Positions 20,813 to 31,240 of a stretch of 64,000 nt of DNA are shown here, piece after piece. The DNA is from Terriglobia bacterium (lineage in GTDB: Bacteria > Acidobacteriota > Terriglobia > 20CM-2-55-15). The DNA lies in NCBI GenBank assembly GCA_965218585.1, contig CBDCLE010000017.1:128001-192000 (forward strand), given 5' to 3'. Below the pieces are notes generated by a model. It saw nothing but the letters and a program-made list of their open reading frames with translations, made no database searches and had not been told where the DNA came from. The stretch's first letter is position 1; every line of letters starts with the position of its first letter. The position numbers were made by a program, and so were the translations under genes.

Positions 20813-20856
20813 GGCTGTCACGTCCTTTCTCAAAGAACCCGCTACCGCCCGGCTAT

Positions 20857-21246
20857 CTACTGAAAGAAATTCGGCCTATTGCCAAGGATCGTTCCATCCG
20901 TTTTTTCAACCCGGACGATGATGCCCACAGGACGGCCGTTCTTGGCCGGATTCATGTGAACAGTAACGGTCTCGCCCGGCTCAAGGATCTCTCGGCTCCA
21001 GCCAGCCCGGCGGAGCATCCCCGGCGCTCGGCCCTCTGCTCTCCATTCCTGCCTATCTCCGTTCTCATCTTCAACCGACAGGTACAGCCACGTGTGAGGA
21101 TTCGACCAGCGCCATTCGGTCACGACTCCGGTCACCGTCATGATCTGGTCGCTCTCGTAGGCCGAGTTGCTGTGGTGGGACGTTGCCGGAAAAGCCAAGA
21201 GAATGATCGCGGCCACTACTGAAAGAGCTATTGTTCGTATCCGCAT
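20857..21246 (-). CDS. DUF6152 family secreted protein
   Basis: Signal peptide then HHS..AY...GVVTEWRWSNPH..L...W..E pattern. Confidence 0.8.
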   Translation of the reverse strand: MRIRTIALSVVAAIILLAFPATSHHSNSAYESDQIMTVTGVVTEWRWSNPHTWLYLSVEDENGDRQEWRAEGRAPGMLRRAGWSREILEPGETVTVHMNPAKNGRPVGIIVRVEKTDGTILGNRPNFFQ

Positions 21247-21412
21247 TGACGGGGACCTCGTTTCTCGGACGTCGGCCAACCGAACGTCGTCACCCCAACG
21301 CAATGTATCAGTCCGAACTTTGGCGGTCAATATCCACAACGCCGAGATCCGCATCAAAGGAAATCGCCTCTACGTTGATCTTCAATTCTGGGTCCGTTAA
21401 CATTCCAGACCA

Positions 21413-21670
21413 ATGGGTAAGAAAAAGAAACTCGTGATCGCAGCAGTCGCAACGGCGGCAGCAGGCGCGGCCGGCGCAAGTATTCTGCTTCGGAAAGCCG
21501 CAAACAAGAAAAAATCGATGCCCGGCATTTACCGTGGAAGCCATACTTCGAAGACACTCCACCAAACCGGTTGCCGTTACTACGACTCCAAGAAACTGAC
21601 TCGAGTATTTAGAGATCTTGCCAAAGCTTTGGATGCGGGATATCGGCCGTGTAAGATTTGTATTCCATGA
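21413..21670 (+). CDS. Small membrane-anchored protein with Ada-type metal-binding domain
   Basis: YRGSHTSKTLHQTGC...F...ALDAGYRPCKIC. Confidence 0.7.
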   Translation: MGKKKKLVIAAVATAAAGAAGASILLRKAANKKKSMPGIYRGSHTSKTLHQTGCRYYDSKKLTRVFRDLAKALDAGYRPCKICIP

Positions 21671-21707
21671 GCACTGCAAGAGTTACCAACTTGGATTGGC
21701 CCATCGG

Positions 21708-22950
21708 CTAGTTCACGAATGCGAACACGAGCTGCGAACGCCCGTTGACGCCCTGGTGACCCGCAACACCGTCTTCACCCGGGACGACCTCATTCCATAT
21801 CAGCGCAAAGCCGTCTTCGCTGGGGCGGATGGCAGGGATAAGCGAATGCGTCTCGTTGTCGGTCAATTGCTGGGCGGGACCCACGCGTTCTCCGCTCGAA
21901 TCGAAAGACTGAAAGTAGATCTCGTCCTGTCCGGCGGTATCGTCGTTCCAGGCCAAACCGAATCGCGGTGCGTTCCAGGCAATAAAGGCACCGATAGATT
22001 CACCGGGTGTGGACGTCACGCGAACGGCACCAACTTCAAAGTGTATCTTTAAGCCCTTCGATATAACCAGCTGCTAAATATACCTCTTCGTTGCCGTATC
22101 GACGATCCCACCATGTGAGGGCGACCCTGTCCTCTCCGAACGCCAGGTCCGGATGTTTCGAGTCAAAACCATCGTCTGCTGTCAGCCGAACAGGTTCGCT
22201 TCCGGCGACAGCCTCGACGAGAAACAGCTCATCCGCGCGGGTCTCGACCGAGGCGTCGTAGGCCACCCAGGGCACACCTTGCGGACCCAGCTTCGCATTC
22301 AGATTCCATGTTCTCTGACTCGCTTCACCGAGTCGCCACGGCTCGGTGAGTGGCTGCCCTTCAAAGTCGTACCACGCCGCCCAGACTTCACGGTTCTCTC
22401 CCCTGTCGTCTTCAACCCAGGCACAGAAGATTTCCGTGTCCCGAACCAGAACCACCGGGATGCGCCCGTTACGCCCCTCGGCCGAAATCGTCCGGACCCA
22501 TTCTTCGGTGCCGTTCTGATTCCATAGTCCCAGTTTGGCCTCATACGTCGCCAGGTTAGTTCGGTCGTACCAGACAACTGCCATCCCCTCGCCTGCCGCG
22601 GCAATGTCAGCCTCGTATGAAGCTTCCGAGCTCTCGGTCACCCGCCGTTCAGGGCCTTCCGGGGTTCCATCCGAACCCAGCAGGCGCAGATAGATCTCGG
22701 CCTGACCGTCGCGCGTGTCATACCACGCCGCAGCAAAACCTTCCCCGAAAACCGACATGCTGGGTTCATACGCACCAGCGCTGCTGTCGGTCACCTGGAC
22801 GGCATCAAAGGATGGACTCGCCGGAGATTGGGCTCGAACCAGAAGGCCCACGTTGAGGAGAGCGAAGACGAAGAGAAGCGACGAGGAACGAGTCCGGCGT
22901 GACGAGCGTAGAAGGGACAGCATCCCGTAAAGAACTCCCTTAAGAGACAC
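21708..22950 (-). CDS. Secreted beta-propeller-like repeat protein (apparent +1 frameshift near 22038)
   Basis: Repeats of (V/L)T...S..P......AAW.D...G..EIY. Removing one base of a T run joins 22036-23034 to 21708-22019. Overlaps the 3' end of the CobN-like gene. Confidence 0.7.
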
Positions 22951-25900
22951 CGCGGCGCCACCGCCAGGCAAACAGAAGGCCAAGTAGCGGAAGCCCGACC
23001 CACAGACCATCCCAACTACCGTTGCCCAATTCACCTGACGCGGCCTGTGGCACCGGTTGGGACTGCTCGGTTTCGGTCATCAGGAACCCTTCGACCTCAG
23101 GACGCGCAGCAGGAACATTCTCAAACAGTGTTTCATTTCTCCGGACAAAGTCTTCAACGGCCGCCGCTGCGCTCGTAATCTGCATGCCGATGGCCTGCTC
23201 CATCGCTTCCTGGAAGCCTTCGATCAGAGGCACGGGTATGTCGAGCGCCGTTGCGCGCTCCAAAACGTATCGAGACAGGCGCGGGTTGCCACAGGTGTGC
23301 TCTGCACATCCCACTCCATGACGGCTGACACTGTCGAGATACTCCTCGAGAAGCCGTGTTTCCGTTTCCACATCGGCATCCCAGTAATCCTTTCGAACGG
23401 TCTCGAGCATGCGCGCCGTCAAATCCTGGTACGCGAACGGAGAGTTCTCTTCGAAGAAATCCTGCATACCGAGTTCGTGCTTGTCTTCGACGTAAACCTC
23501 AAAGGACTCCTGCCACATAGGATCGTCGATGACTTCACGAACTGTGGCTTCCCACCCCCACAGGTACTCGACAAACGAACGCATCTCGCCCGCGCCGGCA
23601 TAACCTTCCTTCTTCATGCCTTCGATCCATGTCGGATTCACGTAGCGGGAGCGGAACTCCGTCCCGATGAACTCATCGATCGTCGTCATCTCGGATTTGC
23701 CGGGATCGCGCGTATTCGTAACGACCATTTCAGGTGTCGTCCCATCGATATTCCGGACAGCCGCGGCCAGTCCACCCATGTACATATAGAAATCGTCGTT
23801 ATCCAATGCGCCGTACAACATCGTCGAACTGCTATGAACAACCTTTTCTGTTCCAGAAAGCGCGAGGCGGAACACGTCTTCCATCGGCTCGCCCCAGAAA
23901 CCGTTCCCGAAACCGTGCCCCATCTTGGTCAGATATTCGTCCGTCATCGCCCGGTCGTCATCCCAGGTACCGCTGGCGGTGATGATGTTGGAGGTGTTCA
24001 GCTCGTACGTCCCCGGGGGTTCATCAAAAATCCGAACGCCCGCACGCAGATCTGCATCTTCTTCGGAGTATCCGTTCTCCATAAGAATGGACTTCGTTTC
24101 CAGATAGTGATCCCGTACGTAATTCTCGGCCTCTTCGATGAGTTTGACCCGCTGCACGGCCTCATCCATCAGACGCGTGACATTGTTGAACATGCCTTCG
24201 GCAGCCGAGGCGATGACGATATCCACACGGGGCCGGCCCAATTGAATGCTGGGCACAATGTCAACGCCCACGACATCGCCGCGCACATCCCAAACAGGCC
24301 GTGTGCCCAGCAGGTGGAAAATCTGCGACTCGATGATGCCCTCATGACGCATCGTCTCGTCTCCCCAGATCACAAACGAAACCTTCTGGGGATAGCGGCC
24401 GTTCTGCTCGAGATGGTCGGCCAGCATCTGATCGGCCAGGTCTACACCCAGTTCCCAGGCCGCGGGCTTGGGGACCTTGTCCGGATCCACTCCGTAGAAG
24501 TTATTCCCTGTTGGATAGGAATCCGGATTCCGAATGGGCTCTCCACCAGGGCCGGTGGGAACAAAGCCGCCGCCCAATGCACCGAGAAGGCCCGCCATTT
24601 CGCGTGGTCCCGAACCGACAATCCGGTCTTCCATATCCCCGGACAGAACTTCGACGTCGTTAGGCAGCAGACTCCGGTCCACCGAAACGATCGCATCAAT
24701 CGTGCTGTCACGAAGTGCTTTCTCCGGGACGCGGCCGAATGCATGTAGACCGAACGGAATGTTCTGGCTTCGCAGATCGACCATGTGAGCCTGAATCTCG
24801 TGGATCATGTCATCGTCGAGCGCGCTCGCGGCCGGCAGATCGAGTCCGAGATCCTTTGCGATTCCGAGTTCGATAACCTGCTCGCGAATCTCGCCGGCAA
24901 AGGCAAGACTCAGTTCCGGATTCTCGTGGAGGTTCCTGTCGTAGTCGTTGATGCTCTCACTCAAGGCCGCCAGTTCGGGATACAGACCGCCTTTCCGGAA
25001 CGGCGGCACCATGTGGTCGACCAACGTCGCCATGCCCCGGCGACGCGCTACAAGACCCTCACCAACAACATCTACGTTGTAGATGTAAAGATCGGGTAGA
25101 TCCGCCATCAGCGCGTCGGAGGGATCGTCTTCGCCGAGACCCATGTCCTTGCCCGGAAGCCATTCCAGTGTGCCGTGTGTCCCCAAATGAACGACGGCGT
25201 CCGCACCGTAACCGTTCCGGAGCCACCCGTACGTCGCCACGTATTGATGGTGAGGAGCGATATCCTTCGCATGATAAAGCTTCTCTTCGTCCTCGCCTTT
25301 GGCACGCGCGGGTTGAGGCATCACGATAACGTTGCCGTATTGAACGGCGGGAATGACAAGGCTCGGACCATCCGGACCATCGGCCGCCATCAACGTCGTG
25401 TCGGCCGGATCTCCCCAGTCTGCGAGAACCTTGTCTCTGAACGCCGGTGCATAGCCGCCCAGCCACTCCCGATAGTCCGTTACGGGTACCCGTATCGCCG
25501 TTCCTTCCTCGAGCAACGCTTCCAGTTCTCCCGGAGCGTAACCACCGACGTTACGGGCTTTCGTCGTGATGTCCTCAAGGACGCTTTCGGCTGAAAGATC
25601 CGCCTCACCCACGTCGTAGCCTTCCTGTCGAAATCCCTGGAGGATGTTCGCCAGTGATTCGGCCACATTCAGATAGCTGGCTCCGATACCGGCCTTTCCA
25701 GGCGGGTAGTTGTAAAACATCAGCGCCACCCGCTTTTCGGCATTTGGAGTGACCCTGAGTTTTCCGTAACGGAGTGCCCTCTGGACGGCTACCCTCACAC
25801 GGGAAGCGATTGGACGACGTATCACAAACGTCAGACCCGTATCTTCGTCTACGATCTTTTCCTGGCTTCCGACAACGGTAGGCGCAACCGTTCCCGCAAT

Positions 25901-26872
25901 TTCCGGAACGGCTACCTGAAACGTGCCCTCAAAAATAGAAAGCCCCGTTTTCGACTCGCGCCATTCCTCTTCAGTTCTTCCGTACAGGCTGATCATGCTG
26001 ACGACAGGAATATCCAGTCGCTCGAGGGCTTTCGCGGCGTCGAAATCGGCGAAACGGAACAAGAACGCCAGCGACGTGTCCGCGCGCGCCTGGGCGTTGT
26101 CATCCAGCAACAACTGCTCGAAAGTGACGCCTCCGGGATAACCGAACATGGGGATGGCTTCGGCTCCCTGACTTTCGATCTCGGCTATGACCGCGTTGAG
26201 TAATTCCGTGTCCCCACCGTAGTAAGTCGCCTTGTAGAAACCGACCGCGACCCGCAAGGCACCGGGCCTCGTTTTCCCGTTGGCACTACGCCAGGCGTCG
26301 AATTCATCCCACGTGGCGAAGATCCTGCCGGCGGCCCCTTCCGGGTAGTAATAGCCAAAGTCCAGTGCGGGCTGAGGCTCTGGAATCGTCAGGTCCGTGA
26401 CGCCGGCGTGGAGAAGAGCCTGTTTGATCAGGCCGACCTGATTGCTGAATCCCGAGCCCATCCAGAAAGCGTGCGCACGTTCATCCCATACCGCACCCTG
26501 GTCTGTATAGTTCTCCCGCGGCATGATTCCGCGGCCCACAGCCAGAACCGTACCGCGCCGGGCAACATCTCCGATAACATCGACGTCGTGCGCCGCGTTG
26601 AAGCGGTCGACCATCTCCTGGTTCATCATATCCAGGACGAGGACGTCTGAACCGATGACGTCTCGAGGGTCGGTTTCGTCGAAAACGGATTCTGTGAGGA
26701 AGTCTATCGAGACCTGGCCGCGCAGATCCGGCCGCTCTTCCAGCAGTTCCTTGTAAGCCAGGATCGTTCCCGGCATGTTCCCATCGGAAAAGACGTAGGT
26801 CACCCGTTGCGCCGATGCCGGCACCCACAGCAGGCAATACAGGAGCGCCAGGCTGGAAATCCGTTGAATCAT
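22940..26872 (-). CDS. CobN/ChlH-family chelatase subunit, exported and C-terminally membrane anchored (HmuS/BtuS-like)
   Basis: 1310 aa. YNYPPGK, HLGTHGTLEWLPGK, ARRRG, PTGNNFY, LGRPRVD, LDNDD, EFRSRYVNPTWIEGM..EGYAGA. N-terminal signal peptide and C-terminal TM followed by RWRR. Confidence 0.9.
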   Translation of the reverse strand: MIQRISSLALLYCLLWVPASAQRVTYVFSDGNMPGTILAYKELLEERPDLRGQVSIDFLTESVFDETDPRDVIGSDVLVLDMMNQEMVDRFNAAHDVDVIGDVARRGTVLAVGRGIMPRENYTDQGAVWDERAHAFWMGSGFSNQVGLIKQALLHAGVTDLTIPEPQPALDFGYYYPEGAAGRIFATWDEFDAWRSANGKTRPGALRVAVGFYKATYYGGDTELLNAVIAEIESQGAEAIPMFGYPGGVTFEQLLLDDNAQARADTSLAFLFRFADFDAAKALERLDIPVVSMISLYGRTEEEWRESKTGLSIFEGTFQVAVPEIAGTVAPTVVGSQEKIVDEDTGLTFVIRRPIASRVRVAVQRALRYGKLRVTPNAEKRVALMFYNYPPGKAGIGASYLNVAESLANILQGFRQEGYDVGEADLSAESVLEDITTKARNVGGYAPGELEALLEEGTAIRVPVTDYREWLGGYAPAFRDKVLADWGDPADTTLMAADGPDGPSLVIPAVQYGNVIVMPQPARAKGEDEEKLYHAKDIAPHHQYVATYGWLRNGYGADAVVHLGTHGTLEWLPGKDMGLGEDDPSDALMADLPDLYIYNVDVVGEGLVARRRGMATLVDHMVPPFRKGGLYPELAALSESINDYDRNLHENPELSLAFAGEIREQVIELGIAKDLGLDLPAASALDDDMIHEIQAHMVDLRSQNIPFGLHAFGRVPEKALRDSTIDAIVSVDRSLLPNDVEVLSGDMEDRIVGSGPREMAGLLGALGGGFVPTGPGGEPIRNPDSYPTGNNFYGVDPDKVPKPAAWELGVDLADQMLADHLEQNGRYPQKVSFVIWGDETMRHEGIIESQIFHLLGTRPVWDVRGDVVGVDIVPSIQLGRPRVDIVIASAAEGMFNNVTRLMDEAVQRVKLIEEAENYVRDHYLETKSILMENGYSEEDADLRAGVRIFDEPPGTYELNTSNIITASGTWDDDRAMTDEYLTKMGHGFGNGFWGEPMEDVFRLALSGTEKVVHSSSTMLYGALDNDDFYMYMGGLAAAVRNIDGTTPEMVVTNTRDPGKSEMTTIDEFIGTEFRSRYVNPTWIEGMKKEGYAGAGEMRSFVEYLWGWEATVREVIDDPMWQESFEVYVEDKHELGMQDFFEENSPFAYQDLTARMLETVRKDYWDADVETETRLLEEYLDSVSRHGVGCAEHTCGNPRLSRYVLERATALDIPVPLIEGFQEAMEQAIGMQITSAAAAVEDFVRRNETLFENVPAARPEVEGFLMTETEQSQPVPQAASGELGNGSWDGLWVGLPLLGLLFAWRWRRGVS

Positions 26873-27231
26873 TGCCCTGCCGGCACCTCGCCCAATTCGT
26901 CATCGGGCACGTAGATGATCTGCCCATCTGCCAGACGGTACGCTGTCCCGAGTCGTTCGCCATCGCCACCCATGGTTTCGCCTGTCAACTCGTACGCGTC
27001 GATTTCTGTTCCTCTCTTGACGATGATCTCGCGTAAACCCTGTGAGTCGGTCCGGACCATCGTTACATCAGAGTTGGGGTCCATGAGATCACCCATCCGG
27101 TAGACGGAGAAGAGCGTGATCATCAATCCCACGATGAAAACCACCGCCACGTCAAAGATGTTCGCTACTCCCGAAAGTGGATCTTCATCGGGAATTTCAT
27201 CGGGTGAAGGCAAATGCAAAAAACGACCCAT
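26869..27231 (-). CDS. DUF2149 family protein (HmuV-like)
   Basis: EDPLSGVANIFDVAVVF...G.RLGTAYRLADGQIIYVP signature. Confidence 0.85.
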   Translation of the reverse strand: MGRFLHLPSPDEIPDEDPLSGVANIFDVAVVFIVGLMITLFSVYRMGDLMDPNSDVTMVRTDSQGLREIIVKRGTEIDAYELTGETMGGDGERLGTAYRLADGQIIYVPDDELGEVPAGQ

Positions 27232-27246
27232 GATTCTTGTTCCTTT

Positions 27247-27903
27247 CTACGTTCCGCGCTTGGCGAACGGTGTGACCCCGCCGGCCGAACGCTCCAGCTC
27301 TCCGGCAACTCGTTCAGCCAAAAATCTTTGTTCGCGTACTGTTTCGTTAACCCAACCATGGCGCACGACCTGGACGACATACGCGATCGTGCCCGCAGAG
27401 AGCCCGATGATCGTCGTTGTGAAGGCCACGACCATCTGCCCGGCCATCGCCTCTATGTTACCGGCCGTCAACGAGGCCAGTGCAGTGCCCATCGGTATCA
27501 ACGTTCCCAGCAACCCCAGACTCGGACCCACCTTCACGAGCATTCGAGACGGGCCCAGCGTTTGCCGCACTCGATGCTCACGCTCCAGTACTATGTGTTC
27601 CAGACCACCGTCACCCAGCGAATCCTGCTCCTTCTCGTCCTCGATATCACGCAACAACGATCGCAAAGGCGCCGGCAGCTGTGTCTGCCGACCCTCGCCC
27701 GCACCCATGACCGGACCTGACTGAAGCCATCCATTCAGATCGAAGCTGTGACGTTCCCGGCGGCGGGCCAGGAATTCTACGACGCAACCCGCAGCCATAG
27801 CCAAGGCCGCGGCCACACATATCCAAAGTAGTGCGATCACAGGCAGGCGCAGCACCTGGCTCAGGGCGAACAGTCCGTTCTCGAGCGTCGGGAGCACGTT
27901 CAT
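27247..27903 (-). CDS. MotA/TolQ/ExbB proton-channel family protein (HmuU-like)
   Basis: KVGPSLGLLGTLIPM...MVVAFTTTIIGL. Confidence 0.88.
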   Translation of the reverse strand: MNVLPTLENGLFALSQVLRLPVIALLWICVAAALAMAAGCVVEFLARRRERHSFDLNGWLQSGPVMGAGEGRQTQLPAPLRSLLRDIEDEKEQDSLGDGGLEHIVLEREHRVRQTLGPSRMLVKVGPSLGLLGTLIPMGTALASLTAGNIEAMAGQMVVAFTTTIIGLSAGTIAYVVQVVRHGWVNETVREQRFLAERVAGELERSAGGVTPFAKRGT

Positions 27904-28487
27904 CGACGTCTCCAGACCAGGGAATACACGCTCCCGAAAACCACGGAACCGCCTGTCAAAACCAAAACCCAGCCGGACATCTCTGACTCCATTCCCGTTT
28001 CATAGTCCATATTCATCACGCCGGCCGACTCCCATCCCGAAATCACATCGGGTCCTATGGCTACGATCAATGCCAACGCAATGACGGAAAGCAGCGCCTC
28101 CTCGCCGAGAGCGAGAGGCGCAAAATCTGACTGACGCGAGGACATGTACACGGAAACAGCGGGGACGGCCACAGCCAGGGCGAGGGCTCCCGCAACGGGC
28201 ACGTTCTGTATCTGAAGTACAGCAAACCACAAACCCGCCAACGCACCTGCACAAACCGAGGTCAGGACCTCAAGGCCTGGACGTGACAAGTAAGCAATAG
28301 CGATCGCGGCAACGACAAAACCGACCAGCGCCGGGTCGAGGATCCGGTCAGGACCCAGAGCCCAGACCGAGACCACAAAGCCGAGGCCCAGACCTCCGAT
28401 TGCGTTACGGTTGCCCACGGCGGTCGTAGCTAGAGTCGCCGCACCCAAACCGCAGAGCATCCCGAGTGCGTCGATCAATATGTTCAT
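27900..28487 (-). CDS. Multi-pass membrane protein, first gene of the chelatase operon
   Basis: Several hydrophobic segments; ATGA overlap with the downstream ExbB-like gene. Confidence 0.7.
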   Translation of the reverse strand: MNILIDALGMLCGLGAATLATTAVGNRNAIGGLGLGFVVSVWALGPDRILDPALVGFVVAAIAIAYLSRPGLEVLTSVCAGALAGLWFAVLQIQNVPVAGALALAVAVPAVSVYMSSRQSDFAPLALGEEALLSVIALALIVAIGPDVISGWESAGVMNMDYETGMESEMSGWVLVLTGGSVVFGSVYSLVWRRR

Positions 28488-28723
28488 TCGAGGTCGGCCA
28501 ATAGTTTGCCTGACAGACGGCTCTCACCTGCCGATCAAAACCCGCTAAAGCTGTGCGGCTCTAGAGTATAGCGTAGTGGAGCGTTCGCTGCCGCAACTAG
28601 AGCTTCGCCAGCAGGGACGAGCCCCTATCTAAATGTAGTAGACGACGAAGTTGTTGCTATATGAAGAGTTTCTGAATTCTTATTCAGACTTCCAGGGCAC
28701 CGCGGATGGTCTCCCCAGGCCGG

Positions 28724-29182
28724 CTACTCGCTGGATCTCACCCAATTATCCGGCACCCATCCGGTTTCACCGGCAAATGCGCCGGATTCAACCCGCACAC
28801 GCATCATCGTCAGCCTGATGTCGATGATCAGCACATCTGTTCCGTCCGGCACCATAAAGGCCTGGCCATCCTGCACCAGGGATTGGTAGGCCTCGGCGAC
28901 GGAACCGTATTCGAGAACAGCCTCGGAAAACCCCTCGTCTCTCGCGATGGCGATCTCCGAGGCTCCATCGATGGACAAAACTGCAGGGTTGCCTGTCGCA
29001 AGAAACGCCTCGATATCGCTGTCAAAAAATACGACCCATACCGCCAGGCCGACGATGCAAAGGGTTGGAATCGCCATCAATGCCGCACAACCCAAGGGCG
29101 AAAGACCCAGAACCGTTTCGTGCCCTTCAGAAGGGTACGGCAGATGGTCTACCGGATCGTGATGGTGAACCTCGTCAGCCAT
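28724..29182 (-). CDS. Hypothetical single-TM protein, His-rich N-terminus, SH3-like C-terminus
   Basis: MADEVHHHDPVDH..., TM helix, VPDGTDV.I......RVRV.SG...GETGWVP. Confidence 0.6.
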   Translation of the reverse strand: MADEVHHHDPVDHLPYPSEGHETVLGLSPLGCAALMAIPTLCIVGLAVWVVFFDSDIEAFLATGNPAVLSIDGASEIAIARDEGFSEAVLEYGSVAEAYQSLVQDGQAFMVPDGTDVLIIDIRLTMMRVRVESGAFAGETGWVPDNWVRSSE

Positions 29183-29265
29183 GGCACCTGTATCCGAGAA
29201 CAGAGTCGAATTACGTCAGTACATCATGATCACCTCGACGAGTACCTGCAAGAGGCTGCTGGCGC

Positions 29266-29481
29266 CTAGAAGCCGAACCACCTGACTTTCTGTCCACCTT
29301 TGCCCTTGCGGATCGGCCTGGCTGACCCGCCACAGCATGGACAATGGGCGTGGAGGTTCCTGGCAATTTTCGGGAGCGCTCCGGATGAAACCCCATACGC
29401 CAGTGCCGTGCCAATACCCGCCATGCCTAAAGCCCACCTGAACCTGGGGTGCCTTCCCAGCGAAAAACCTATGCCGAACAT
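29266..29481 (-). CDS. Small hypothetical membrane protein with HAHCPCC motif
   Basis: Strong RBS ggagg before ATG; one hydrophobic helix. Confidence 0.4.
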   Translation of the reverse strand: MFGIGFSLGRHPRFRWALGMAGIGTALAYGVSSGALPKIARNLHAHCPCCGGSARPIRKGKGGQKVRWFGF

Positions 29482-29577
29482 GACTTACCTCCCGTCCCGA
29501 AGACCGGGACTGATAATTACAGGTGCAATCCACATTCCAACAAACTGGATCGTTTTTCAATGCTTTGGACCAGGAGC

Positions 29578-29611
29578 GTCGAGGTCAGTAAGATGTCGAG
29601 GTCAGTAAGAT
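29578..29611. repeat. Perfect 17-bp tandem duplication (gtcgaggtcagtaagat x2)
   Basis: Read directly from the sequence. Confidence 0.85.
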
Positions 29612-29842
29612 GCAGTCCGCCAGACTAGCAGAGGTTGGGTTCGGGACCGAAAGAGGAAGGACAGATTGTCGGGCGAAAATGTCCAGAAACGGCTGTTCTT
29701 CCACTCTCGGCATGGCCTTAGATGACTTGAAACTGAGGTTTGACCCGCCCACCCCCCCTCGACTAAGATCATCGCTGCAGCCGGGGAACACACTCGATCG
29801 GAATGGTCGATGGAGGGGAAAGAGTCTGAACCATTCGATGGG

Positions 29843-31207
29843 GAGGTCATTACAAAAGGTGTGTAAAAGTCATCAGGCGGCGGCCTTCGATTTCATCACG
29901 ACTCTGATGCCGTCAGCGAATTGCTGGCCATCATAGACCTCTTGTAAGAGTTCGGATCCTTTTAAGTGTCGCCAAGCCTTCTCAGCGACACGTAGTAGCT
30001 TCCAGATCATTGCCGTTGCATTCTCGACACGCTTGAATCGGCGAGCGGCGTTGGTGCGGAGGCGAACCATGTCGAAGGGCGATTCGACGATGTTGGTCGT
30101 TCTAAGATGCACCCAGTGTTGTTTCGGGAACTCATAGAAAGTAATCATCCGGTCCCAGTCCCGCAACAGCGTCTCACCCGCTTTGGGATAGTTCTTCTCA
30201 TATCGGCGGACGAACTGATCCCGCTTTCGTTCGCAGGCCGCGCGGGAGTTCGCGAAGGCCATCCCATGAAGCAGCTGTCTGGCCGCGGGCTGCTCGGTCT
30301 TCGGCAGATGATCGACCACGTTGATCGACTTGTGGTTCCAGCAGCGTTGTTCCTGGCCCTGGGGCTGTTGCTCGGCCAGCGCGGACCAGATGCCCAGGTG
30401 ACCGTCCGCGACAGTCAGTCGTCCCAGCTTCAGGCCCCGTCTCTGGAGATTGCGCAGAATGCGGCTCCAGGACTCCTTGCTTTCCCGCTGCCCGCTCTCA
30501 CAGGCCAACACCACTTTGCGCCCGTCTGACAAGGCTCCGATGATCACCAGCAATGCCGCTCGCTCTTTCGCGATCCCCGCTTTCACGTACAAGCCGTCTG
30601 CCCACTGGTACACGACCTCGAGGCCGGACAGGTCCTGCTGGACCCACTCGTCATACTCCAACTGCCAGGTCGATTTCAGTCGTTGGATCGATGCTCGCGA
30701 CAACGGAGCGCCAGCGCCAAGCAGTCCGCGCATGGCCTGCTCGAAGTCCCCTGTGGCCAGGCCGTGGAGGTAGAGATCGGGAAGTAGCTCGCCCAGCTGT
30801 TTCGATTTCCGTCGAAAATACGGCAGGATCTGACTCTCGAACCGCTCGGCGGTGTTTCAAACCCGAGGTCGTCGAACCTCCATCGTACCGTTCATCATTG
30901 CGAAGCGTCGCGGTTTCCCGTGACCGTTCCGGTATCCTCGTCGATTCGGACTCCGCTCCAACTTTTCCCGACCCAGAAATTGAGTGACTTCGTCCTCGAG
31001 CAGCTCCTGTAGCCAGACTTGGACCCGGGATCGCGCCCAGTCCTCCAAACCTTCATACGCGTTCGTTGACGCCACTGATGCCGGTATGTTCTTCTTCTTC
31101 ATGGGTGGTGTACCTTTCTCCCGATTGCTGCCGGGATTGCTTACGGTTTCGAATTCACCGAAAGCGTACACCGCCTTCTCTTTTTACACACCGATTGGAA
31201 CGACCTC
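29843..31207 (-). mobile_element. IS256-family element type A, copy 2 (1365 bp) with 8-bp TSD tcgatggg
   Basis: Both IRs present; direct repeats at 29835-29842 and 31208-31215. Confidence 0.95.
29873..31102 (-). pseudogene. IS256 transposase with CGA->TGA nonsense mutation at 30857-30859
   Basis: Other copies read RPRVRNTAE; this copy reads RPRV*. Confidence 0.9.
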
Positions 31208-31240
31208 TCGATGGGCCTCCCTTTTGCTAACTGAAGTCTA

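Noticed and set aside
23057-24748. Long antisense ORFs (563 aa here; also 12527-13579, 17908-18870, 45302-48134)
   Set aside because: Shadow frames opposite well-supported genes in GC-rich DNA, with no motifs.
28488-28723. Cobalamin riboswitch upstream of the CobN-like operon
   Set aside because: No B12-box or other conserved riboswitch elements visible on the minus strand.
29578-29611. Tandem repeat as a CRISPR remnant
   Set aside because: Two directly abutting 17-bp units, no spacers and no cas genes; a simple local duplication.
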